In this document: positions 23,900-32,999 of the stretch, one piece after another
How positions within the stretch are numbered: position 1 is the first letter of the stretch
Layout of the letters: each line of letters begins with the position of its first letter
Made by a program: the position numbers and the translations under genes
The notes under the pieces: generated by a model
Told to the model about the DNA's origin: nothing
Databases searched by the model: none
Seen by the model: only the letters and a program-made list of their open reading frames with translations
NCBI GenBank assembly: GCA_947626805.1
Contig: CANQTR010000001.1
Location: forward strand, 11,579-75,578
DNA: 64,000 nt
Reading direction: 5' to 3'
DNA from: an uncultured Clostridia bacterium
Lineage (GTDB): Bacteria; Bacillota; Clostridia; Oscillospirales; CAG-382

Positions 23900-24687
23900 C
23901 ACCTATCTTTTAACCGACGATACAAAAAGAAACACACCGTCAGCGACGCAAGGAACCACACGCCAATCAGCACATAGGATTTCACGACGTCGGAAACCGC
24001 CACCTCAACAATTGCGGTCGGGCGGCATTTTGCGCGCCAAAAATAGAAATACACGATAACGGAATCCGGAACCTGATAGAAATACCGCCAAAAAGCGGTT
24101 TGGTAAATCGGAGCAAAGGTGATTAGAAAATTGTAAAACACGCATACCGCGATTCCGCAAACCGCCGAGCGGGCGAGCAGCGCGCAAAGCATCGCCAAAG
24201 AAACATACTGCAAGACGACCGGAACCGCATAGGCGACCCATCGAACAAAAGTCAAACAGAACGCCTCCGCGACGCCGTAGGTACTGCCCGCAAGCCCTCC
24301 CGTCATCGCCAAAACGCCGAGGAAACAACCGAATGTCATCAGAAACGAAACGCCGAATCCCAAGGTAAGATACGCCGTCACCTTCGCCGCATAGCGCGCG
24401 ACCGTAGAGGAACCGGAAACCGTTTGTATCTCCAAGAAACGGTTCTTTCGTTCGCTGAGAAAATCGGTGCTGACCATGACTGCAAGCAGCAGCGGGACGG
24501 CGAATTCCAATCCGGCAAGCGGGAACCCCGACAGGACTTTATGGAAATTATAGGTCAAATTCAAATCGCCGGGGTTGCGCAAATGGTTTACGAACAGCAA
24601 AAAGACCACGCAAAGCACGATACAGAACAGCGGAGAGCAGACCATCGCCTTCCAGGTATTCCGAAAGCATTTTCGATAAACGGTCAT
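23899..24687 (-). CDS. ABC-2-type permease
   Basis: 262 aa with six hydrophobic helices, downstream of the ABC ATPase. Confidence 0.7.
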   Translation of the reverse strand: MTVYRKCFRNTWKAMVCSPLFCIVLCVVFLLFVNHLRNPGDLNLTYNFHKVLSGFPLAGLEFAVPLLLAVMVSTDFLSERKNRFLEIQTVSGSSTVARYAAKVTAYLTLGFGVSFLMTFGCFLGVLAMTGGLAGSTYGVAEAFCLTFVRWVAYAVPVVLQYVSLAMLCALLARSAVCGIAVCVFYNFLITFAPIYQTAFWRYFYQVPDSVIVYFYFWRAKCRPTAIVEVAVSDVVKSYVLIGVWFLASLTVCFFLYRRLKDR

Positions 24688-24735
24688 TCGTCAACCTCTT
24701 TCTCACGCAAACTGCCGCGGTTTCGCCGACCGGCG

Positions 24736-25611
24736 CTACCGTTTGACGCCGCCCAGCGTGCCGATATAGGCGTCCTCCAGCGTCGCGGCGACCGGCTCGG
24801 ACCCGTCCGCGACGGGGAAATCGGAAAGATACCGAACCGTCGGTCTGCCCGCATTGTACGACACGGAAACGACCGTCAGCCGTTGTTTCAGGGCTTCCTC
24901 CGCGCCCGGCTCGCAAACGGTCTGCCAAACGCGATTCTCCTGCTGCCGTATCAGTTCCGACGTCGAACCGGCATACAGCAATTTCCCCTGTTCCAGAACG
25001 CAAACATTCTCACAGATGCTTTCGATATCATGGATAATATGCGTGGAAAGCAACGTCGTTTGCGCAAAGCTGATACGCGACAGCAGATTGAGAAAATACA
25101 GCCGTTCCTCCGGGTCCAGCCCGGTCGTCGGCTCGTCGATAATCAATAGGTTCGGCGAACCGAGCAGCGCCTGCGCGATTCCCGCCCGCCGCAACATGCC
25201 GCCGGAATACTTGCGCAACCGCTTTTTCTTTTCGTCCTGCAACCCGACGATTTGCACGCACCGGTCGATTTCGTCGACGCGGCGGCTCTTTTTCGTGATG
25301 CCTTTCAGCACGCACATATAGTCCAGGAATTCATAAAGATTCATCCCCGGCAGCAAGGCGGAACTTTGCGGCAGGTATCCGAGCGAGGAACGGAATTCCT
25401 TCAAATGCGCGCCCGTTTCCTTGCCGTCGAACAACACCCTGCCGCCCGACGGTTTCATCGCGGTGGCAAGGATACGCATTAGGGTGGTTTTCCCCGCGCC
25501 GTTCCGACCGAGCAGACCGAATACGCCGCCGTCTATCGAAAAACCGACGTCCTGCAAAGCGGGCGTTCCGTGCGAATAGGTTTTGGAAAGATGTTCGATT
25601 GTCAGGTTCAT
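24736..25611 (-). CDS. ABC transporter ATP-binding protein
   Basis: Walker A GRNGAGKTT, signature YSGGMLRRA, Walker B LLIIDEPTTGLD, H-loop LSTH. Start set at ATG 25611 behind a GGGAGG SD. Confidence 0.9.
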   Translation of the reverse strand: MNLTIEHLSKTYSHGTPALQDVGFSIDGGVFGLLGRNGAGKTTLMRILATAMKPSGGRVLFDGKETGAHLKEFRSSLGYLPQSSALLPGMNLYEFLDYMCVLKGITKKSRRVDEIDRCVQIVGLQDEKKKRLRKYSGGMLRRAGIAQALLGSPNLLIIDEPTTGLDPEERLYFLNLLSRISFAQTTLLSTHIIHDIESICENVCVLEQGKLLYAGSTSELIRQQENRVWQTVCEPGAEEALKQRLTVVSVSYNAGRPTVRYLSDFPVADGSEPVAATLEDAYIGTLGGVKR

Positions 25612-25624
25612 AAAGACCTCCCTC

Positions 25625-26326
25625 TCATGCATAAAGCCGTTTCCGACGCGAAAGCAAAACGCTGCCCAGCAGAAGGAAAACGGAAACGCCGAGAACCAGC
25701 AACCGATTCTGTATCAGGATACCGTCCGGCACATACCACATACCCGCGTCCCCCGCGAAAACGCCGTGCGCATATGCGCCCGCGAACGGGTCGGTACGGC
25801 ACAAGGTCCGCGTGACGACGCGCGCGGCGGACAGCCCGCTCCGCTCGTACAGCAGGAAAAACGCGAGGACATAGAGGGCAAAATTTCCGTACCGTATCCC
25901 GCACAAGAACCGAACAAACAGCGCAAGACCGACCAGGAAAAGCAGCGTCACCGGGTAGGAAAACAAAAAGTACGGTCGAATCCAGACGGGGAGCAGCGGC
26001 AACCCCGTCGCGAGTCCGGACGCAAGCAGCGCAAGGGTGTGCAGGGTCGCGTCCGCAAGCGCGACTTCCGCAAGGGACGTCCCGTGCAAGACAATCAGCG
26101 ACGGCTCCTCCCGGCAACGGAACAGCACGGACAACGGAACGGTCCCGAAAAACGGGGAAAACACTTCCAGATTCCGGCGGAGTTCCAAAAGTTCCCGGTC
26201 CGACGCGGCGGGGTGCAGCGTCCCGGTCAAATACAAGAAAAGCGCCGGCAAAAGCAAAAGAAACGCCAATATCGCCCGGTTTTGCCGTAGCCGAACGGCA
26301 TACAGCACCCAAATCTTGCTTTTCAT
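25625..26326 (-). CDS. ABC-2-like membrane protein
   Basis: C-terminal 233 aa of ORF 25625..27058, starting at MKSKIWVLYAV (ATG 26326). ATGA overlap with the upstream gene stop at 26323. Multi-TM. Confidence 0.6.
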   Translation of the reverse strand: MKSKIWVLYAVRLRQNRAILAFLLLLPALFLYLTGTLHPAASDRELLELRRNLEVFSPFFGTVPLSVLFRCREEPSLIVLHGTSLAEVALADATLHTLALLASGLATGLPLLPVWIRPYFLFSYPVTLLFLVGLALFVRFLCGIRYGNFALYVLAFFLLYERSGLSAARVVTRTLCRTDPFAGAYAHGVFAGDAGMWYVPDGILIQNRLLVLGVSVFLLLGSVLLSRRKRLYA

Positions 26327-27000
26327 TCCGTCAAAAAGCGGTCCGCGCGCCGCGCGAGCAGGTAGGATAAAGTCAGCAAAAAGACGGTCAAACCCAGCAC
26401 AAACAGCCGATTGTTGCCGTAAACGCCGCGATTCGTAATGGTGTTCGCAAAGAACGGGGAAAACCGTTGAATCGCCTTCGGGTCGGTCAACCGCAACGTT
26501 TGCGAAAGGAACGCCTTGAGGGAGACCGTCAGAACCGTATGCGCCAATAGCGAAAGCAGAACCGCCCCATACGGATTCCGAAGCAAGACGCGAAACAGCA
26601 AGGAAACGGACGTCACAAAAAGCAGGGTCGTCACCATCGTCAGCGCCTCGCGCGGCGCATTCGCCTCCCCGCGCAACAGCAGCCAAATCGCCGGGGGAAA
26701 AGCCGTATACGCATAGGTGACGAAATAGCGCACCAGCAGTACGTCGCACAACCGCGTAGGGGAAACGCGAATCCATTCGATTTCCGACGCACTTCGGAAC
26801 AGGATACCGCAAAGAATCAGCGGGAACAGAAAATAGCTGTACTCCAGGGTATCGTAAGATTCGTACACGCGAATGCTGCAATAAAACACGAGCAGCGACA
26901 GGGGCAGGCAGCCCGAACGATAGCGCAATTCCTTTTTTAGGATACAGAGCACGGCGATTCCTCCAGCGTATGCATATCCTTCCAAAATGCGGGAATCCAT
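26323..27000 (-). CDS. ABC-2-like membrane protein
   Basis: ORF 26323..27033 is hydrophobic and multi-TM. The start is uncertain (ATG 27000 chosen; it overlaps the end of the upstream lipoprotein gene). Confidence 0.5.
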   Translation of the reverse strand: MDSRILEGYAYAGGIAVLCILKKELRYRSGCLPLSLLVFYCSIRVYESYDTLEYSYFLFPLILCGILFRSASEIEWIRVSPTRLCDVLLVRYFVTYAYTAFPPAIWLLLRGEANAPREALTMVTTLLFVTSVSLLFRVLLRNPYGAVLLSLLAHTVLTVSLKAFLSQTLRLTDPKAIQRFSPFFANTITNRGVYGNNRLFVLGLTVFLLTLSYLLARRADRFLTE

Positions 27001-27878
27001 TCGTTCCGCACGATTTGCAGGCGAATCCGGCAAAAGGTGCCGTCCGAAATTTCTTCATCGGTCGCGGGAAGTTCGTCGGGCGCGAGGATATTCCGAAGGT
27101 TCGGGTCTTCCGGCAAATACGCGTAATCGACGCCCTCCTTCTGCACCTTGAGCGGCTCGTATGTCAGATAAAAGTAGTCCCCGCGCGCATTTGCGTAGCA
27201 TGCGCCGACCGGTTCCCAGCCCGTCGCCGGAAGCGCGGCTTGCACCGCGTGCCATTCCCGCACGGTCGTCAGGAACACGACTGCAAGCCCCTTTTCGGAT
27301 TGCGCGCTGTACGTCAGAATCGCGTTTTCCGGAAGGGAAAAGAAGTCCGGCGGCAAATCGTCCGGCAGACCGTCGAACCGTCGTTCCTCCAAGCCGAGCG
27401 AACGCGACGATTCGGGGTACACGGGAAACACGCTCCGCGCAAACAGCAGCCGACGAACGCGCAATTCGTACACATACGGGGTTTCCCCATACCGCTCCCG
27501 CAACGCCCGGTTCCGGCGGTTATCGTAAACGGCGACCCGCCATCCCGTCGGGTGCAGGTAGGTGGAAATGCGGTCGTTTTGCGAAACCTGCTCCGGCAAG
27601 CGCAAAAACCAATCCGCCGCAAGCGCCTGCTCGTACCGAACGCGTTCCCCGACCGACCCGCGATAGCGAAAACACAGTTCCCCCGCATTCCATTCCGCGC
27701 TGAGCCGTTCGCTTTCCTCCGGAAGAAATACCCATTCCTCCGCGGGGAAATCGACCGCCGGTCCGTCCGGGGCAATCGGTTGATTCGGGTCAAAAACCTC
27801 CGTCGGTCCCGCCCCGCATGCGGACAACAGCACGCAAAGCGGCAGGGCGACGAGGAAAAGACGGCGTTTCCCGGTCAT
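26937..27878 (-). CDS. lipoprotein, paralogue of 27879..28751
   Basis: MTGKRRLFLVALPLCVLLSACGAG has a lipobox. Shares LPxDxP...GDYFYLTYE-type blocks with the upstream gene. Confidence 0.7.
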   Translation of the reverse strand: MTGKRRLFLVALPLCVLLSACGAGPTEVFDPNQPIAPDGPAVDFPAEEWVFLPEESERLSAEWNAGELCFRYRGSVGERVRYEQALAADWFLRLPEQVSQNDRISTYLHPTGWRVAVYDNRRNRALRERYGETPYVYELRVRRLLFARSVFPVYPESSRSLGLEERRFDGLPDDLPPDFFSLPENAILTYSAQSEKGLAVVFLTTVREWHAVQAALPATGWEPVGACYANARGDYFYLTYEPLKVQKEGVDYAYLPEDPNLRNILAPDELPATDEEISDGTFCRIRLQIVRNEWIPAFWKDMHTLEESPCSVS

Positions 27879-28751
27879 TTATTCCCGTACGACATGCGCA
27901 TTCATGCGGCAGATTTGGAACGTATAGAGATTGGTATAGGTATCGCCTTCGGCGGAAGGCTGCCCGAACGACAGATAGAGGTAATCCCCGTTTTCGGAAA
28001 CATACGCCTTCGTCCCATCCGGTCCGAGCCGCTGAAAACCGGCTTCCTGCACGGTTTGCAGGTACGTTCCGTTATCCTTTACGGTGAGGAACAGTCCCGT
28101 GGATTTCTGCTGTATCGACAGGATTTCCGTTCCCTCTTCCGGGCGCGGAAATGCGTCCGGCAAAGCGTCGGACGGCCATTCCGCAAACGCCGTTTCTTCC
28201 AATCCCAGGTCGGTATCCGCCGACGGATACGTCCAGAAATAGGCTTTCGGCGGCGCGCTCTCCTGCCGGACCCGCAATTCATAGGTAAAACCGGTCGGGC
28301 TCTTTTCGTTGATTGCCGTCAAATGCGTATCCTCGTCTTCCGAACTCGAAATCGTGACGACGAATCCGTCGCGATTGACGATTCTCGTCGTGTCGGTTTC
28401 CCAATCGGTATCGTATACATAGCCGCCTTCCGTCAACTGCATCAGGAAAGCCATATCCGTAGGATACATGCCGACCCTTTTCGGGGCGAACAGGACGACG
28501 CGCACTTCATTGTCGACGCGTTCCGCCGCATAAACCTCGGTATACGTCGCTTCGGGGAAATCCGCCGGCAGCAATTCGGCCGGCCAATGCAGCGTCCCGT
28601 CGGATTCCGCAAACGACAGCACGCCGATATCCGGAAGGCTCGAAACGCCCTCCGGCAGAGGTTCCGTTTCGTCGCACGCGACCAAGCACAACAGGCACAG
28701 GGAGATCCCCAGCGCCATGCATTTTTTTACCAACCCGTGTTTGAAAATCAT
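27879..28751 (-). CDS. lipoprotein with internally duplicated domain
   Basis: LCLLCLVACDE lipobox. Two copies of a WP(A/S)(E/D)xLPxxFP... module; GDYLYLSFG is paralogous to the downstream gene. Confidence 0.7.
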   Translation of the reverse strand: MIFKHGLVKKCMALGISLCLLCLVACDETEPLPEGVSSLPDIGVLSFAESDGTLHWPAELLPADFPEATYTEVYAAERVDNEVRVVLFAPKRVGMYPTDMAFLMQLTEGGYVYDTDWETDTTRIVNRDGFVVTISSSEDEDTHLTAINEKSPTGFTYELRVRQESAPPKAYFWTYPSADTDLGLEETAFAEWPSDALPDAFPRPEEGTEILSIQQKSTGLFLTVKDNGTYLQTVQEAGFQRLGPDGTKAYVSENGDYLYLSFGQPSAEGDTYTNLYTFQICRMNAHVVRE

Positions 28752-28780
28752 ACGTCAACCACCCCGCAATTTTTTTCGTA

Positions 28781-28808
28781 ACGTTTCCTTTGCAAAATTT
28801 GCGTTTCC
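28781..28808. promoter_or_regulatory. direct repeat ACGTTTCC / GCGTTTCC at 20-bp spacing (possible LytTR box)
   Basis: CGTTTCC occurs at 28782-28788 and again at 28802-28808, in the divergent intergenic region next to the LytTR regulator gene. Confidence 0.3.
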
Positions 28809-28949
28809 GATTCCTACGACCCAATACCACCGTATCACAAATTTCCCCGGATTGCAAGGCTTTGGGATAATGCACATAAAATGGGATATTTGATACGAAA
28901 CATCCGCCGATTCGGGGCAGTCGCAACTTCCGCCCGCATCGAAAAAGCA

Positions 28950-28978
28950 TTGACACGCCTGCCAAAATATGATAGAAT
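28950..28978 (+). promoter_or_regulatory. strong SigA-type promoter of the LytTR two-component operon
   Basis: TTGACA (28950-28955), a 17-nt spacer, then TAGAAT (28973-28978). Confidence 0.65.
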
Positions 28979-29054
28979 ACAGGCATACCGCAAGCGGTTC
29001 GGCATCGGCGGCGCGGTCCCCCGTCGGTGCCTTTCGCGGAAAGGAGGCGCAACG

Positions 29055-29786
29055 ATGATTCACATTTGCGTATGCGACGATAGTGTCGAATTCCGAAAAA
29101 CGTTCCGCCAAACGCTCGAAGAAATGCTCCCCCGGATTTTCCCGAAGTCCCTGCAATACGAAATCGGGGACGGCGTCGATAGCGGCGAGCAATTGCTGAA
29201 CCGTTTGGAATCCCGGAACGTCGACGTCCTGTTTTTGGACATCGAAATGCCCGGCATGAACGGGCTTGCGCTTGCAAAACAAATCACGGCGGCGCAAAAA
29301 GAAATCCGAATCGTTTTCGTTTCCGGTTACGAGCAGTATGTCTATCAGGTCTTTGCGTTTTCCCCCTTCGCGTATCTACGGAAAGATTGCATTCCGGACG
29401 AACTTCCGGCCATTCTCAAGCGCATCGCCGATACCTTCGACCGCGAGAATCGGTTGATTTCCCTGACGTCCGTTCGGGGCGCGGTCACGCTTGATACGCG
29501 GGATATCCTCTACATTCAATCCGTCGGCAATTATTACGAACTGAAAACGCAAAAGGGCGTCTGCCGGTGCAGAGGCACGCTTCGGGAGGTCGAAAAACGC
29601 GTTTCCGCTTTCGATTTTTATCGAATCCATTCGGCTTATATCGTCAACCTGTACCATGTACAGCAAATCCGTCAAAACGAAGTATCGGTCAGCTACGAAA
29701 AAAAGGCGCTCCCCATCGCGCAAAGACGACTCGCGGGTTTCAGAACCGCGTATGCCGAATTCAGCCTTCGGAGTTTCAACTTATGA
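29055..29786 (+). CDS. LytR/AlgR-family response regulator (receiver + LytTR)
   Basis: ORF trimmed to ATG 29055 (AAGGAGG SD). Receiver motifs ICVCDD and DVLFLDIEMPGMNG. LytTR motifs YIQSVGNYYELKT...FYRIHSAYIVNL. Confidence 0.9.
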   Translation: MIHICVCDDSVEFRKTFRQTLEEMLPRIFPKSLQYEIGDGVDSGEQLLNRLESRNVDVLFLDIEMPGMNGLALAKQITAAQKEIRIVFVSGYEQYVYQVFAFSPFAYLRKDCIPDELPAILKRIADTFDRENRLISLTSVRGAVTLDTRDILYIQSVGNYYELKTQKGVCRCRGTLREVEKRVSAFDFYRIHSAYIVNLYHVQQIRQNEVSVSYEKKALPIAQRRLAGFRTAYAEFSLRSFNL

Positions 29787-31123
29787 TTTACACGATTGCG
29801 GAAATAGCGGCGACCGTCGCGGACGTTTTCTTCCTGATTTGGTTTGTTCCGCGTTTTTTGCATACCGCATGGTATAAAAAAGAGAACCGGGTCTTTTTGC
29901 TTTTCCCGGCGCTTCTTTTGGTCCTGCAGCTGTCGGCCGCCTATTTCCGCCTGACGTTTCACCCGCTCGTCCTGAGCGGCGTCGCGCTGCTGACCGTCGG
30001 GTATTCCCTTTCGCTCTGCAAGCGGAAACGGTTCCTATCCGTTGTGGCGTCCGGTCTGTACCTGCTCGTGATTCTGCTGACGAGCGGTTTGGTTTCCGTG
30101 CTTTTCTCCTCGCTGAACAGGGTTTATACCGCCCTCTCCGCGTCCCTCGTTTATACCGCGGCGGACCCATTGCAGGGCGTCGCTTCCCCGACCCGCGTCA
30201 TTTATCTGACCGTCGCAAAATTGACGCAATTCGTCCTATACAAATCGCTCCTGCTCCTGTTCGGGAAAACCGACCGTTTGGATAAAAAGAACGGTTTCCT
30301 GCTCCTGTTCTTCCCGTTCTTCACCATCATCGGTTTGGGCGCATTGATGACGGTTTCCGCGCACGCCCCCGCGCGGGAAATGCATCTCCCCGTCCTGACC
30401 ATTCTGTTCGTGCTGGTTCTGTTCAACTTTGTCGCGTACGTTTTGATTCGTCAGGTCATGGAAATGCAAAAGAAAGCATACGAACGCAAAGCATTGGAGG
30501 AACGGCTCCGCTTTGAGCAGATTCGTTTCGAAGAGGCGAATCTGCTGTGGGACAATACCCGAAAAGTACAACACGATTTGAAAAACCATTTCACCGTGCT
30601 CAAATCCATGCTCTCGCAAAACGACACGCCGGGCTGTATCGCCTACCTGAACAAGCTGTACCCCGCAATCGAAAGCATGGGCGGTTCCGTGCGCACGGGT
30701 CACGCGGTTCTCGATTGCCTGCTCAATACCAAAATCTCGGCAAACAAGGACATCCATGTGATTGTTTCGGGCTACGCGAACGCATTCGCGGATATCGACG
30801 ACGCGGACCTCACCGGGATGGTCGGCAATCTGCTGGATAACGCGTTTGAAGCGGTTTCCAAAATCGACCCTTCCGTAAAAAGGCAGGTCGAACTGCATTT
30901 CCTGCTCAAAAACAAAACCCGTATGATACTGTGCCGAAATACCGTTGCGAAATCCGTTTTGGAAAAGAACCGCGAACTTCGCTCGACCAAAAGCGAAGCC
31001 AATCACGGTCTCGGGCATAAAATCATCGAGTCGATTGCCGAAAAGTACGGCGGATTCGTCGTGTATACGGAAAAAGACAACCTGTTTTGCGCGCAAATCA
31101 TGCTCCCGTGTAAAACCGTTTGA
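29783..31123 (+). CDS. AgrC/GHKL-type sensor histidine kinase
   Basis: ATGA overlap with the regulator stop. Six N-terminal TM helices, H-box region VQHDLKNHF, and ATPase motifs NLLDNAFEA and NHGLGHKI. Confidence 0.85.
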   Translation: MIYTIAEIAATVADVFFLIWFVPRFLHTAWYKKENRVFLLFPALLLVLQLSAAYFRLTFHPLVLSGVALLTVGYSLSLCKRKRFLSVVASGLYLLVILLTSGLVSVLFSSLNRVYTALSASLVYTAADPLQGVASPTRVIYLTVAKLTQFVLYKSLLLLFGKTDRLDKKNGFLLLFFPFFTIIGLGALMTVSAHAPAREMHLPVLTILFVLVLFNFVAYVLIRQVMEMQKKAYERKALEERLRFEQIRFEEANLLWDNTRKVQHDLKNHFTVLKSMLSQNDTPGCIAYLNKLYPAIESMGGSVRTGHAVLDCLLNTKISANKDIHVIVSGYANAFADIDDADLTGMVGNLLDNAFEAVSKIDPSVKRQVELHFLLKNKTRMILCRNTVAKSVLEKNRELRSTKSEANHGLGHKIIESIAEKYGGFVVYTEKDNLFCAQIMLPCKTV

Positions 31124-31171
31124 GGGTTCTCGGTTCGAATGGGCGTAAAATCATCGCGTAAGGGTGAGGGT

Positions 31172-31933
31172 ATGACACAAGCCGAAAGAAGAATTTTTCT
31201 GATGCAAAAACTGCTTTCCGAACAGCCCCGGTATCGGGATTTGCGGATTCCCCCCGACGAAACGGGGCAAAGGCGATTGCTCCGCTCCCTGCTGAACGTC
31301 CGCCCGCCGCGACCGATTGGAGAGGATTTCCTGACGGTGCAGGACGCTTATCTGCAGGAGGAAATCGCCCGGAAAGGCGTCACGGATGTATCCGATTTGA
31401 CGCCGGTCAAGCCGGGTATCTATCTATGGCAGGGCGACATCACCACGCTCAAATGCGGCGCTATCGTGAACGCGGCAAACTCCGGCATGACCGGCTGCTA
31501 CGTCCCCTGTCACGGCTGTATCGACAACGCGATTCACACCTACGCCGGGGTACAGCTTCGGCTTGCCTGTGCCGAAATAATGCGAAAGCAAGGGCACGAA
31601 GAGCCGACCGGGCAGGCAAAGTGCACGCCCGCCTACAATCTGCCCTGTGATTTTGTCCTGCACACCGTCGGTCCCGTCGTATCCGGCGATGTGACCGAAA
31701 AGGACCGGAAACTGCTTGCCGCCTGCTATCGTTCCTGTCTGGAACTGGCGCGGCAGAACGGAATCGGGAGCGTGGCGTTCTGCTGCATTTCCACGGGGGA
31801 ATTCCATTTCCCGAACGAAGAAGCCGCAAAAATTGCCGTGGACACGGTGCGAAAATACAAAGGCGACACGAAGGTGATTTTCAATGTTTTCAAGGACGTC
31901 GATTACGAAATCTACCGGAAATACCTCGGATAA
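31172..31933 (+). CDS. macrodomain protein-ADP-ribose hydrolase (SirTM-associated, Cys/His cluster type)
   Basis: GAIVNAANSGMTGCYVPCHGCIDNAIH, HTVGPVV, AFCCISTGEFHFP. Helical N-terminal extension. Start at MTQAERR (an alternative start is 31139). Confidence 0.85.
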   Translation: MTQAERRIFLMQKLLSEQPRYRDLRIPPDETGQRRLLRSLLNVRPPRPIGEDFLTVQDAYLQEEIARKGVTDVSDLTPVKPGIYLWQGDITTLKCGAIVNAANSGMTGCYVPCHGCIDNAIHTYAGVQLRLACAEIMRKQGHEEPTGQAKCTPAYNLPCDFVLHTVGPVVSGDVTEKDRKLLAACYRSCLELARQNGIGSVAFCCISTGEFHFPNEEAAKIAVDTVRKYKGDTKVIFNVFKDVDYEIYRKYLG

Positions 31934-32753
31934 TCTCCGGCGGCTCCGGGAGGCGCTGAACGTTGCGGACGCCGTTGTCGTCGGCGCGGGCGCGGGGCTG
32001 TCCGCCTCGGCGGGGTTTACCTATACCGGGGAGCGGTTTCGGCGGTATTTCTCCGACTTTGCCGAAAAATACGGCTTTTCCGATATGTATTCCGGCGGGT
32101 TTTACCCGTATCCCTCGCCGGAAGAATTTTGGGCGTATTGGAGCCGGTATATCTTCATCAACCGCTATACGGACGCGCCGAAACCGGTCTACGAGGAACT
32201 ATTGGCGTTGGTTCGCGACAAGGACTATTTCGTAATCACCACGAATGTCGACCACTGTTTCCAAAAGGCGGGATTCGACAAGAAACGGTTGTTCTACACG
32301 CAAGGCGACTACGGGCTGTTTCAATGCGCCGAGCCGTGCCGTCGGGAAACCTTTGACAACGAGAAAACCATTCGGCAGATGATGGAACAGCAAAAGGAGA
32401 TGCGTATCCCGTCCGAGCTTCTGCCCGTCTGCCCGCATTGCGGAAAGCCCATGACGATGAATTTGCGCTCCGACGACCGCTTTGTCGAGGACGGCGGCTG
32501 GCATTCGGCGGCTGAACGGTACGAGAACTTTCTTCGGACGCGGCGAAACGGGCGGATTCTGTTTCTGGAACTCGGCGTCGGGTACAACACGCCGGGCATT
32601 ATCAAATATCCGTTCTGGCGCATGACCGCGCAAAACCGGGCGGCGACCTATGCCTGCATCAACTACGGCGAGGCGGTCTGCCCGACGGAAATTGAAAAAC
32701 AGTCGATTTGCATCGACGGCGACGTCGGCGAGGTTTTGGAGCATTTGCGGTAG
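31884..32753 (+). CDS. Sir2-family protein, class-M-like (SirTM) candidate ADP-ribosyltransferase
   Basis: VVVGAGAGLSASAGF, ITTNVDHCF, YTQGDYGLFQC (Gln where deacetylase sirtuins have the catalytic His), and a CAEPC...CPHC zinc ribbon. The start codon is uncertain. Confidence 0.8.
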   Translation: MFSRTSITKSTGNTSDNLRRLREALNVADAVVVGAGAGLSASAGFTYTGERFRRYFSDFAEKYGFSDMYSGGFYPYPSPEEFWAYWSRYIFINRYTDAPKPVYEELLALVRDKDYFVITTNVDHCFQKAGFDKKRLFYTQGDYGLFQCAEPCRRETFDNEKTIRQMMEQQKEMRIPSELLPVCPHCGKPMTMNLRSDDRFVEDGGWHSAAERYENFLRTRRNGRILFLELGVGYNTPGIIKYPFWRMTAQNRAATYACINYGEAVCPTEIEKQSICIDGDVGEVLEHLR

Positions 32754-32894
32754 GGCTATGCGGAATCCGCGACGCGGGCGCGCGGGGTGCGGCGAGGGCT
32801 ATCCGACATTTTTCGAACCGCTCCGTTCCGCCGCGGAGATTGCAAAAATCCGCGGGGAATGTGAAATCGTTCCCGTCGCCGTATCACGCAAAGA

Positions 32895-32929
32895 AAAATC
32901 GCGCAACCCGCATGGTTGCGCGATTTTTT
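32895..32929. terminator. bidirectional terminator
   Basis: AAAATCGCGCAACC-CGCAT-GGTTGCGCGATTTTTT, a perfect 14-bp stem between convergent genes. Confidence 0.8.
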
Positions 32930-32999
32930 GGCTGCAAAGGCACAGGGCCCCGGTTCCGCCGGTATGCCCGTAGGGAACGACGTCCCTTTCGTCGGGGTC

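Noticed and set aside
25625-27058. The 477-aa ORF 25625..27058(-) taken as a single protein.
   Set aside because: Its first 244 codons are Arg/Gly/Ala-rich. They overlap a better, hydrophobic frame (26323..27033) whose stop overlaps ATG 26326 in an ATGA junction. I therefore split it into two membrane-protein genes.
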